Below are positions 48,749 to 57,829 of a stretch of 64,000 nt of DNA, one piece after another. Positions within the stretch are counted from its first letter, which is position 1. Every line of letters starts with the position of its first letter. The stretch spans positions 840 through 64,839 of the forward strand of contig JAZSHQ010000054.1 of assembly GCA_045533335.1 (NCBI GenBank). Direction: 5' to 3'. The notes below the pieces were generated by a model, which was not told the origin of the DNA, made no database searches, and saw only the letters and a program-made list of their open reading frames with translations. The stretch is from Eubacteriales bacterium (GTDB lineage Bacteria > Bacillota > Clostridia > Oscillospirales > CAG-382). The translations under genes and the position numbers were made by a program.

Positions 48749-50137
48749 ATGCCTAATATGTCTTTAAAAAAGAATCCTATGCCCCACCAGCCGGCAGAGG
48801 TCCGCGCGCACAACTTCGAAGAGGTTGCGCTCGGTTATACCGCAGAACAGGCTATCGACGAAGCAAAGCGTTGCCTTAACTGCAAAAACCGTCCCTGCGT
48901 TTCGGGCTGTCCCGTAAATATTGCAATTCCCGAATTCATCGCGCTTGTAGCAGAGGGCGATTTTGAGGGTGCATATAACGTTATCACCCGCCAAAGCTCG
49001 CTTCCCGCCGTTTGCGGCAGAGTTTGCCCGCAGGAATCTCAATGCGAATGCAAGTGTGTTCGCGGTATTAAGGGCGAGCCGGTTGCAATAGGCAGGCTTG
49101 AACGCTTTGTTGCCGATTGGCACAATGCAAACTGCGATACTCTTCCCGTCCGTCCCGAATCGAACGGACACAAGGTTGCCGTTATCGGCTCCGGCCCCTC
49201 GGGCTTGGCTTGCGCGGGTGACCTTGCGAAAAAAGGTTACTCCGTAACCGTTTTCGAAGCATTACACGTAGCGGGCGGCGTGCTTGTTTACGGTATTCCC
49301 GAATTCCGCCTTCCCAAGGCTATTGTTGCAAAGGAAATCGAAACGCTTAAAGCACTTGGCGTTGAAATAAGAACGAATTACGTTGTCGGCAAGACAATTT
49401 CTGTCGACGAGCTTATGAAGGAAGAAGGCTTTGAAGCTGTATTCATCGGCTCGGGCGCAGGTCTTCCCCGCTTTATGGGTATCGAAGGCGAAAACCTGAA
49501 AGGCGTTTATTCCGCCAACGAATTCCTTACCCGCATTAATCTTATGAAAGCCTACCGCGAGGACAGCAAAACTCCTATCTTCCACCCGAAGAAGGTTGCT
49601 GTTTGCGGCGGCGGCAACGTTGCTATGGACGCGGCAAGAAGTGCGCTCCGCTTGGGTGCCGACGAGGTATATATCGTTTACCGTCGCGGCGAAAGCGAGC
49701 TTCCCGCCCGTGCCGAGGAAGTCGAGCACGCAAAGGAAGAGGGCGTAATATTCAAGCTCCTCACCAACCCCACCCGCATTCTTAAAGGCGAAAACGGCTT
49801 TGTCGGCGGTATGGAATGTGTCGAAATGACCTTGGGCGAGCCCGACGCTTCGGGCAGAAGAAGACCCGTGGTTAAGGAAGGCAGCGAATTCGTACTCGAC
49901 GTCGATTGCGTTATTATGGCTATCGGCACCTCGCCCAACCCGCTTATTAAATCCACCACCGACGGTCTTGCTACCGAAAAATGGGGCGGCATTATTGCCG
50001 ACGAAAACGGTCTTACCTCCCGCGAGAACGTTTATGCGGGCGGCGACGCGGTAACCGGCGCGGCAACCGTTATTCTCGCTATGGGCGCGGGCAAAACCGC
50101 GGCAAGCGCGATCGACGAAAAGCTTTCCAAAAAATAA
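48749..50137 (+). CDS. nfnB: NfnB (GltD/SudA-like) large subunit of the electron-bifurcating transhydrogenase
   Basis: RCLNC..CVSGCP, CGRVCPQESQC, GSGPSG, GGGNVAMD, AGGDAVTG; paired with nfnA. Confidence 0.85.
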   Translation: MPNMSLKKNPMPHQPAEVRAHNFEEVALGYTAEQAIDEAKRCLNCKNRPCVSGCPVNIAIPEFIALVAEGDFEGAYNVITRQSSLPAVCGRVCPQESQCECKCVRGIKGEPVAIGRLERFVADWHNANCDTLPVRPESNGHKVAVIGSGPSGLACAGDLAKKGYSVTVFEALHVAGGVLVYGIPEFRLPKAIVAKEIETLKALGVEIRTNYVVGKTISVDELMKEEGFEAVFIGSGAGLPRFMGIEGENLKGVYSANEFLTRINLMKAYREDSKTPIFHPKKVAVCGGGNVAMDAARSALRLGADEVYIVYRRGESELPARAEEVEHAKEEGVIFKLLTNPTRILKGENGFVGGMECVEMTLGEPDASGRRRPVVKEGSEFVLDVDCVIMAIGTSPNPLIKSTTDGLATEKWGGIIADENGLTSRENVYAGGDAVTGAATVILAMGAGKTAASAIDEKLSKK

Positions 50138-50245
50138 ACACCGAAACCCAGCCAAAGCGTTGCAACATAAACCGGTCCGGTCTTTGCGCGTTTTTACGGC
50201 GTTTCGTCTTTGCAATACCTAAATTAAAATTCACGGAGGTTTTAT

Positions 50246-50701
50246 ATGAAATGCCCTTCCTGCGGACATACCGAAAGTAAGGTTATCGATTCTCGTCCTT
50301 CCTCCGACGGCTCTTCCATAAGACGCCGCCGCGAATGCCTTGAATGCCAAAAGCGCTTCACCACCTACGAAAATATCGAAACTCTTCCGCTTATCGTCAT
50401 AAAAAAAGACCTCTCGCGCGAGACGTTTGACCGCAACAAGATTCTTAATTCCATTATCCGCGCCTGCGACAAGCGTCAGGTTACGCTTTCGCAGATGGAC
50501 GCCGTTGTTACCGAAATAGAAAACGCGCTTCAAAACACGCTCCAAAACGAGGTTACCTCCGAGCGTATCGGCGAAATGGTTATGGAAAAGCTAAAAGAGC
50601 TGGATGAAGTTGCATATATCCGTTTTGCCTCGGTTTACCGCCAATTCAAGGATATAGGCGCTTTTATGGCAGAGCTTCAAAAGCTGCTTGCCGAAAAATA
50701 A
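50246..50701 (+). CDS. nrdR: Transcriptional repressor NrdR
   Basis: [32 protein letters not shown] cone, [13 protein letters not shown]. Confidence 0.97.
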   Translation: MKCPSCGHTESKVIDSRPSSDGSSIRRRRECLECQKRFTTYENIETLPLIVIKKDLSRETFDRNKILNSIIRACDKRQVTLSQMDAVVTEIENALQNTLQNEVTSERIGEMVMEKLKELDEVAYIRFASVYRQFKDIGAFMAELQKLLAEK

Positions 50702-50727
50702 AATCTGCCATACTTTTTAAAAGCGGT

Positions 50728-51648
50728 ATGTTAAATATTAAAAACCAATCCGAATTAGGCTCGGATAAATTCCAAAAATTACTCGAAACGCTGTTATCGC
50801 CTGCTTTGTTGCTCGACAGCCGCCTGCGCGTTTCCGCGATGAACGCCGAAGCGAAAATATTGCTTTTCGAAATAGCAGAGGGCGAGGATATTTTGCCCTA
50901 TCTTTCGGAAAGCGCGGCAGAAAGCATAGCTATGATGATATCGGGCGAGATATGCACCGTCGATTTCAAAAGCGACAGCTTTAAAGGAAGTGCAAACGTA
51001 ATAAGCGGCAACGGCGAACGGCTGTTAATTCTGGCAACCGCGCCGCACAGCAACCGCTCGGTGCTTTCGGCAGATTTGGGGTACGGACGCGGCGAAAAAG
51101 ACGAAGAAACGCCCGAAGCCGAAAGCTTGGTTTCCCGCCTGCGGGAAGAGCATTATAAACCGCGCTTGCTTCCGTTTTTCGAAAGCGGCTCTTTGCTTAC
51201 CGCCTTTAAGCGTGAGCTTGAAGCGGCATTTCCCGAAACGGCAAAGCGGCTTATTTTGCACAGCGACGGAGAAAAATACTTTGCCAAAGGCTCGGAACGC
51301 GATTTCGCGCTTATTGCGGCAGAGCTTACCTGTCTTTGTCTTTGCGAATCGGACGGCGGATTTGTCGATATCTTTGCCGATTGCGAGCAGGACGAACTTG
51401 TGATTTCGGTTTCCTGCGTGCCCTCAAAACCCGTGGTTGCCGAAGCCGAATCGGGCATAAACGTCGAAAAGCTTGCGCTTCTCGCATCGGGCAACCTTTG
51501 GGAGTTGACAATTTCGGAGCAAAGCGTCGACCGTCTTGCCTTTTCTCTGCGTATGCCGTTCGTAAAGAGCGGCGAGGAATTCCTTGTACGCGATATTTCT
51601 GCAGAATTCCTGCGCGAGCTTGTTGCATCTGTTTTCGCAGGTGTTTAG
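50728..51648 (+). CDS. Hypothetical protein; PAS-like N terminus and degenerate HATPase-like C terminus
   Basis: PALLLDSRLRVSAMNAEA is PAS-like; C-terminal pattern resembles the GHKL fold without the conserved boxes. Confidence 0.45.
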   Translation: MLNIKNQSELGSDKFQKLLETLLSPALLLDSRLRVSAMNAEAKILLFEIAEGEDILPYLSESAAESIAMMISGEICTVDFKSDSFKGSANVISGNGERLLILATAPHSNRSVLSADLGYGRGEKDEETPEAESLVSRLREEHYKPRLLPFFESGSLLTAFKRELEAAFPETAKRLILHSDGEKYFAKGSERDFALIAAELTCLCLCESDGGFVDIFADCEQDELVISVSCVPSKPVVAEAESGINVEKLALLASGNLWELTISEQSVDRLAFSLRMPFVKSGEEFLVRDISAEFLRELVASVFAGV

Positions 51649-51788
51649 CAAAAAACGGTTACGCCTGAACGTAACCGGAATAATATTAAAAAGTAAATTG
51701 AGCGAAAAACTCTTTTCAAAAACCTTTAACATAATATTAAGCGGAGCTTGAGGCTATACCCCAAGCTCCGTTTATTTTTGCTATGATT

Positions 51789-51983
51789 TTAACCGAAAAA
51801 CAGAAAGGCGATAAACACTATTACACCAAGCACAAGAAGTGCCGCGGGAAGAAACACGAGCAAAGCGGAAATGACCATCGCAAGTCCGTCGCCCTTTTCG
51901 AGCCCGCCTTCTGCCTCTATTTGGTTTCGTAATTCCTTTTCCTTTTCGGGGTCAAACTTTTTTAAGCGTTTCCAAATAGCCAT
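51789..51983 (-). CDS. Small membrane protein, last gene of the opp operon
   Basis: LEKGDGLAMVISALLVFLP plus hydrophobic C terminus; begins 2 nt after the oppF stop. Confidence 0.7.
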   Translation of the reverse strand: MAIWKRLKKFDPEKEKELRNQIEAEGGLEKGDGLAMVISALLVFLPAALLVLGVIVFIAFLFFG

Positions 51984-51985
51984 AA

Positions 51986-53611
51986 TTATTCAGCCGCACC
52001 GCTTTTGTTGATATCGAAAAGATAGTTACCCTTTTCATCGATTTTTTTATCGAGGAAGTGGCAGGCAACGAAGTGGCCCTCGCTCACCTCTACGTAAGGA
52101 GGCGGAACGCGCTTACACTTTTCGCAAGCCATATAGCAACGAGTGTGGAATTTACAGCCTTCGGGAGGTCTGATGGGAGAAGGAATGTTGCCTTCGAGAA
52201 TAATCTTTTCCTTGGTTGCCGAATCGGGGTCGGTAGTAGGAATAGAAGAAAGAAGCGCAACGGTATAGGGGTGTCGGGGATCGGAGAATACCTCTTCTGC
52301 AGTACCAAGCTCAACCATATTGCCGAGATACATAACGCCGATACGGTCGGAAATGTATCTTACAACCGAAAGGTCGTGCGAAATAAAGAGATAGGTAAGG
52401 TTTTCCTTTTCCTTTAATTCCTCGAGCAGGTTAATAATCTGCGACTGGATCGAAACGTCGAGAGCGGAAACGCATTCGTCGCAAACGATAAATTTGGGTT
52501 TTACCGCAAGCGCACGTGCGATACAGATACGCTGACGCTGACCGCCCGAGAACTGGTGCGGATAGCGGTGAAGCATATAGCCCTGAAGACCGCATTGATC
52601 CATTACGTCGAGAATATATTTCTTCATCTGGGACGAGCCCTTTTTGAAGAATTTGTGAGTGGTAAGACCTTCGCCGATTATCTGACCGATAGTCATACGG
52701 GGGTTGAGCGAGGAATAGGGGTCCTGAAAGATTATCTGAATGTCCTTGCGGAGCAGACGCATTTCGGAATACTTAAGGCGCGAAAGGTCGATACCGTTAT
52801 CACGCATAGCTTCGTATTCTGCGAATTTTGCGTTGCCTGCATAGCTTGCGCGGATACCGTCGAGCTTTTTGTTTGCCGCTTCAAGCTCTTTTTCGGCAGA
52901 ATTGATAAGCGGCTGCAGCTGATTTCTCTTGGCGCGCACCTTGTCGGCTTTCGCGATAACAGCCTTGATTTTGATTTCGGGGTCGCTTACCAATCTGTCC
53001 TCGCGAAGCTCCTTTGCCATCGCTTCGTAGGTAGCGATTTCGCCGTCGAGCTCACGCGCGGTTTCGTTCAAATCGCGAAGCTTTACGGTAATCTTGTAGC
53101 GGTCGCCCATCGCTTTAAGACCGTCGCTTGCATCGTCGATCGCGGCAAAGCCGCCGAGTATCTTTACAACGTTCTGAAAAGCGGTTTCGGCTTCCGCAAG
53201 TGCAAGGTTTTTGTTTTGGTGCTGGAAAAACGTAGCGTTTTCGCCTGCGGCATCGCATTCCTTCGAAAGAAGCTCTGCCTTTGCCTGCATTTTCTTATAC
53301 CTTGCGATAAGCGATTTTGCTTTGTTTATCGTTTTAAGAACGTATTTGGGAGCAAAATCATCAAGCGTTCTGCCGTAATAAAGGGTACTGCCCGCGGTTT
53401 GATCGTAAAGCTGAAGAATGGTACGTCCGAGTGTGGATTTACCGCAGCCCGATTCGCCGACCAGACCGAAGGTTTCGCCGTTTTGAATATCGATATTTAT
53501 TTCCTCGTTCGCGCGGACGTAGAGCTGCTCGCGCTGGAAGATTCTCGATTTTGCGATAGGGAAATATTTTTTAAGATTCGTGATCGATAAGAGCGTGTTT
53601 GTGTTCTTCAC
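51986..53611 (-). CDS. oppF: Oligopeptide ABC transporter ATP-binding protein (OppF-like) with a large helical insertion
   Basis: GESGCGKST, IFQDPYSSLNP, FSGGQRQR, VCDE, CKFHTRC; GTG start at 53611 after AAGGAGGTG. Confidence 0.88.
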   Translation of the reverse strand: MKNTNTLLSITNLKKYFPIAKSRIFQREQLYVRANEEINIDIQNGETFGLVGESGCGKSTLGRTILQLYDQTAGSTLYYGRTLDDFAPKYVLKTINKAKSLIARYKKMQAKAELLSKECDAAGENATFFQHQNKNLALAEAETAFQNVVKILGGFAAIDDASDGLKAMGDRYKITVKLRDLNETARELDGEIATYEAMAKELREDRLVSDPEIKIKAVIAKADKVRAKRNQLQPLINSAEKELEAANKKLDGIRASYAGNAKFAEYEAMRDNGIDLSRLKYSEMRLLRKDIQIIFQDPYSSLNPRMTIGQIIGEGLTTHKFFKKGSSQMKKYILDVMDQCGLQGYMLHRYPHQFSGGQRQRICIARALAVKPKFIVCDECVSALDVSIQSQIINLLEELKEKENLTYLFISHDLSVVRYISDRIGVMYLGNMVELGTAEEVFSDPRHPYTVALLSSIPTTDPDSATKEKIILEGNIPSPIRPPEGCKFHTRCYMACEKCKRVPPPYVEVSEGHFVACHFLDKKIDEKGNYLFDINKSGAAE

Positions 53612-54590
53612 TGCGACGCACCTCCTTTTCAGGATAGTGGCAACGAATCTTCTGACCGGGAGCAACCTCCGCCAAAGCGGGCTCCTCGTCCAGACATTTC
53701 TGTGTTGCGTATTTGCATCTCGGTGCAAATTTGCATCCCTTGGGAAGTGCCAAAGGATGAGGCACCGCACCGGGGATAGGCTCGAGCTTGCTTCCGACGC
53801 TGTCGAGGCGCGGGATAGAATGCATAAGCCCTTCGGTATAGGGGTGGCTGACAGGGCAATCGGTAAATATCGTCCTTGCGCTGGTCTGTTCTACAACCTG
53901 ACCGCAATACATAACGACAACGTCGTCTGCCATTTCGTTAATAACACCCAAGTCGTGGGTGATGAATATGATCGCCGTGCCGTTTTCCTTCTGAAGCTCG
54001 TTCATCAAGCGAAGTATCTGCGCCTGAATGGTAACGTCAAGCGCGGTGGTGGGCTCGTCCGCAATAAGGATCTTCGGCTTGCAGGCAAGTGCCATTGCGA
54101 TCATAACGCGCTGACGCATACCGCCCGAAAGCTGGTGAGGATATTGACGCAAAACCGCTTCGGGGTTGGGTATCTGCACCGCGTGAAGCATTTCGAGCGC
54201 TTTAAGCTCTGCCTGCTTCTTGCTCATATTCTGGTGGATCATAAACGGCTCGCTGAGCTGTTTTTTGATCGTAAATACGGGGTTTAAGCTTGTCATCGGC
54301 TCCTGAAAGATAACCGATATTTTGTTGCCGCGGATCTCATACATTTCCTGCTGAGAAAGCTTTGTAAGGTCACGTCCTTCGAACATAACCTCGCCCTCGG
54401 CGATATAACCGTTGCCGTCGAGCAACCTAAGAATGCTCATCGCGGAAACCGATTTACCCGAGCCGGATTCACCGACAATACCGATCGTTTTTCCGCCTTC
54501 GAGCGAATAAGAAACGTCGTTAACAGCCTTAACAGTACCTTTTCTGGTTTTGAAATAGGTATGAAGGTTTTTTACTTCCAATAAAGACAT
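53571..54590 (-). CDS. oppD: Oligopeptide ABC transporter ATP-binding protein
   Basis: GESGSGKS, IFQEPMTSLNP, LSGGMRQR, IADEPTTALD. Confidence 0.92.
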   Translation of the reverse strand: MSLLEVKNLHTYFKTRKGTVKAVNDVSYSLEGGKTIGIVGESGSGKSVSAMSILRLLDGNGYIAEGEVMFEGRDLTKLSQQEMYEIRGNKISVIFQEPMTSLNPVFTIKKQLSEPFMIHQNMSKKQAELKALEMLHAVQIPNPEAVLRQYPHQLSGGMRQRVMIAMALACKPKILIADEPTTALDVTIQAQILRLMNELQKENGTAIIFITHDLGVINEMADDVVVMYCGQVVEQTSARTIFTDCPVSHPYTEGLMHSIPRLDSVGSKLEPIPGAVPHPLALPKGCKFAPRCKYATQKCLDEEPALAEVAPGQKIRCHYPEKEVRRSEEHKHALIDHES

Positions 54591-54605
54591 ATTATACCTC
54601 CACCT

Positions 54606-56588
54606 TTATTTCTCCTGGCTGCTCTTGGGGTCAAGAACGTCGCGCAGGGTGTCGCCGATAATGTTAATACTGATAGTTGCGATAGAAAGGAATATTGCGG
54701 GGAATACCCATTGCCACCAATAGTTCTGAATAACTATCGAGTTGTTTGCGCCGTTAAGCATATTACCCCATGTAGGCTGAGGCTGCTGAACGCCGAAGCC
54801 GAGGTAGGAAAGGCTGGATTCGGTAAGCATACAGCCCGCAAAGTCGAGCGTTACGGTTACAAGTATTACCGAAACAACGTTCGGAAGAATGTGCTTGAAT
54901 GCAATTCTCTTTTCCTTAACGCCCATCGCCTGAGCAGCAATTACGAATTCCTTTTCACGTTCGGCAAGAATCTGTGCACGGATCATTCTTGCAAGACCCG
55001 TCCAAGAAAGCAAGCCGAGAATCATCATAATGATTATAATTCGAGTCGTTTCGCCGATAGGATTCTTTTGTATTACGTAAGAAAGCATCATCGCAAACGG
55101 CAGGAAGGGGATCGACGAGAAGATTTCGGTAATACGCATAAGAAGCATATCCACCCAGCCGCCGAAATAACCCGAAAGACAGCCGACGATTATTGCAATA
55201 ATTGTCGAAACGATAACCGCAACCGCGCCGACGGTCATTGTCATACGTCCGCCGTAGATAATACGCTTGAATACGTCGCGGCCGCTCTTATCGGTACCCA
55301 TAAGGTAACCCTTAAAACCGGTCGAGTAGCTAAGCTCGCCGTTTTCATCAACGATATAAGTTTGCTTTGCACCTGCGTAAACCGCGCTTGCGGGCTCGCC
55401 GGATACGTTCGCCTGCTTACCGTCGTTATGACCCCAAGCGTAAGCCTTGCCCTGATCGGTAATGCCCACGAAGTGGTTTGTGCCGCTTGTAACCGAAACG
55501 AGCTTTCCGCCTTCGAAATCGGGAAGATCGTATTCGCCGTACTGGTTAGCACCCTGAATAAGAAGCTCGCCGTCATCGCAAAGCAAGGCAAAGCAGTTTT
55601 TGGTAGCGGTTATATCGATAACCTTCTTTTCGCGAAGATGCGCCTGAAGGTTTGCAACCTTGTTGCCCTCTGCTGTATTCGAAAATGCCGACTGACGGTT
55701 AAAGGTAAATGTCTGACCGCCCGTGGTAACGCTGCCGTCCTCTAAAAGTGCGATAGCGTAGTAGTTGGAAATTGCAACCTGAGTAACGGTTTTGGGAGCC
55801 TCGCCGCCCTCTGCGGGGAAGCTGTAAACAGAAAGGTCCTTCATATTGAGCATACCGCTGGGGTTGCCCCATACGTAAAGCTTGCCGTCGTAAACGAGCG
55901 CGGTACACTGATAACCGCAAACAAGCTGCTGCACCTTCGAGGTATCGATAGTGCCGGTTATAAATTCCTCGGGCATTTGAATATAAGGGTCTGCCTCGTT
56001 GGCTTTATAGCCGTACTGACACTGATAATTTTTACCCCAACCGACTATTTTGCCTTCGGTGGTAATAGCAATAATATGGTCAAGACCTGCGGAGGCATAC
56101 AAAACGTTGCCTTCCTTGATCTCTTCGGGGAAATCCGAATATTCAACCTTGCTCAACGCATCGAACGTACTACCCCAGATGTAAAGGGTGTTATCGTTGC
56201 TTACGCCAACCGTAAAATCGGCAAAGCCACTTATCGATTTAACGTTATCCTCAAGCTCGCTCGGAACGTCGAGCATTGAGTAGTTGGGAGGGAGATTTGC
56301 AAGGTTAGCGTCGGTATAGTTGATGTCCATCGGAATGAAAAAGGGGCCGACAAACACGAATATAAACATACCGACCAGCACAACAAGCGCAACCACCGCA
56401 AGCTTTCTGCGGAAGAACGCTTTTACCGCCATTTTGGAGGGGCTTTCGATATTTTCTACCGAGAATTTTTCGGAATCGGCAAGCTCCTTGCTTGCGCCGA
56501 AGAACATTCTTTTAAACCAGCTGCCGAGTGTCGCGAAAAAGCCTTTCTTTTCGGCAGTACCGTTTGCATTTTTCTTCTTGTCTGACAC
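54606..56588 (-). CDS. oppC: Oligopeptide ABC permease (OppC-like) with an RCC1/BLIP-II repeat insertion
   Basis: OppC N terminus, LMGTDKSGRDVF, EFVIAAQAMG (EAA motif), LSYLGFGVQ; seven RCC1-like repeats inserted. Confidence 0.88.
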   Translation of the reverse strand: MSDKKKNANGTAEKKGFFATLGSWFKRMFFGASKELADSEKFSVENIESPSKMAVKAFFRRKLAVVALVVLVGMFIFVFVGPFFIPMDINYTDANLANLPPNYSMLDVPSELEDNVKSISGFADFTVGVSNDNTLYIWGSTFDALSKVEYSDFPEEIKEGNVLYASAGLDHIIAITTEGKIVGWGKNYQCQYGYKANEADPYIQMPEEFITGTIDTSKVQQLVCGYQCTALVYDGKLYVWGNPSGMLNMKDLSVYSFPAEGGEAPKTVTQVAISNYYAIALLEDGSVTTGGQTFTFNRQSAFSNTAEGNKVANLQAHLREKKVIDITATKNCFALLCDDGELLIQGANQYGEYDLPDFEGGKLVSVTSGTNHFVGITDQGKAYAWGHNDGKQANVSGEPASAVYAGAKQTYIVDENGELSYSTGFKGYLMGTDKSGRDVFKRIIYGGRMTMTVGAVAVIVSTIIAIIVGCLSGYFGGWVDMLLMRITEIFSSIPFLPFAMMLSYVIQKNPIGETTRIIIIMMILGLLSWTGLARMIRAQILAEREKEFVIAAQAMGVKEKRIAFKHILPNVVSVILVTVTLDFAGCMLTESSLSYLGFGVQQPQPTWGNMLNGANNSIVIQNYWWQWVFPAIFLSIATISINIIGDTLRDVLDPKSSQEK

Positions 56589-56602
56589 AGATACCGCCTC
56601 CT

Positions 56603-57622
56603 TTACTTATTAACGCGTACGCGCGGGTCGACAACGCCGTAAATAAGGTCGATAAGCAGGTTGCCGAGCAGCGAAATTGCAATATAGAACATCTGCACCG
56701 CAAGGATAATATCGTTATCGTTTGCGTTGAGTGCATCGAAATAGGTTTTACCCATACCGTTTAGCGAGAAGATATTTTCGATCATAACCGAGCCGCCGAA
56801 AATACCCAAAAACCAACCGACAATAAGGGTTACAACGGGAAGAAGCGCGTTGCGCCAAGCGTGCGAATAAACAACTATCTTTTCGCGCAGACCCTTTGCA
56901 CGTGCGGTACGGACATAGTCCATACTCAGCGCCTCGATCATAGCGGCGCGGACGTAACGTGTCATACCGCCGAGCGAGGTAAAGGTCATAACTATAAGCG
57001 GGAGCGCAAAGTGATACATCTTGTCCCAGAACTGTCTTGCGGGCGACCAATCGAGATAACCGGGGGTCTGCATACCCGAAACGGGGAACCATTTAAGCAT
57101 TACCGAGAATATCCAGATAAACACGATCGCGATAATAAACGTCGGCAAGCTGTATCCGATAAGCGTACCGACCTGCACGCCGACATCGCGCTTACTGCCG
57201 CGCTTAACCGCACAGAATATGCCCAAGGGAATAGTTATGCCGAGCGCAAGTATCGTTGCAAAAATATTTATAAACACCGTGTTTTTCATCGGTGCACCGA
57301 GAACTTCGATAACAGGCTTTGCATACTGGCGCGATTCACCGAGGTCGCCCGTAAATATACCGTGAAGCGAGCCGTCGGAATATTTATAAACGCCCAGCCA
57401 ACGACCGTATTGCTCTAATTTTGTGCCATCGGTACCGTATTTCGCCGACCAATATGCATATCGTTCGTCATAATTGAGATTTTCGTTCGCTTTTACTTCG
57501 TTTCTTGCCGCTTCGCCTGCTTTATCAACGGGAAGCATACCATAGATCATAAACAAAAGGTACGAAAGGAGAAAGAATACAAGTACAATATACAGCAAAC
57601 GCTGCAATATGTATTTTAACAT
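56603..57622 (-). CDS. oppB: Oligopeptide ABC permease
   Basis: MLKYILQRL, GDLGES, DYVRTARAKGL, HAWRNA, VDPRV; GGAGG before ATG 57622. Confidence 0.92.
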   Translation of the reverse strand: MLKYILQRLLYIVLVFFLLSYLLFMIYGMLPVDKAGEAARNEVKANENLNYDERYAYWSAKYGTDGTKLEQYGRWLGVYKYSDGSLHGIFTGDLGESRQYAKPVIEVLGAPMKNTVFINIFATILALGITIPLGIFCAVKRGSKRDVGVQVGTLIGYSLPTFIIAIVFIWIFSVMLKWFPVSGMQTPGYLDWSPARQFWDKMYHFALPLIVMTFTSLGGMTRYVRAAMIEALSMDYVRTARAKGLREKIVVYSHAWRNALLPVVTLIVGWFLGIFGGSVMIENIFSLNGMGKTYFDALNANDNDIILAVQMFYIAISLLGNLLIDLIYGVVDPRVRVNK

Positions 57623-57750
57623 AATATCCTCCGCTTTCTTATCTGTAAGTATTTTCCGATTCTGTTTGTAGGGCGAGGGCGCGCCGCCGAACAGCGACTC
57701 CTTTCGGAAGTACGCCCTCACCTTACAATTTAAAGACTTTTTAAAGTCCA

Positions 57751-57784
57751 CAATAGGAACGGCACTTTCGCGCCGTTCCTATTG
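57751..57784 (-). terminator. Stem-loop between oppA and oppB
   Basis: CAATAGGAACGGC..GCCGTTCCTATTG; lacks a U tract, so possibly an mRNA-stabilising hairpin. Confidence 0.5.
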
Positions 57785-57829
57785 CGTTTATAGCTTATAA
57801 ATAAACTATTTAATTACAAAAACTATATC

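Noticed and set aside
48749-50137. Glutamate synthase small subunit
   Set aside because: No gltB nearby, and it is paired with an NfnA-type gene, so NfnB is the better call.
53611-53770. N-terminal extension of OppF or a programmed frameshift with oppD
   Set aside because: A strong RBS and GTG at 53611 explain the short overlap, which is ordinary for oppD/oppF.
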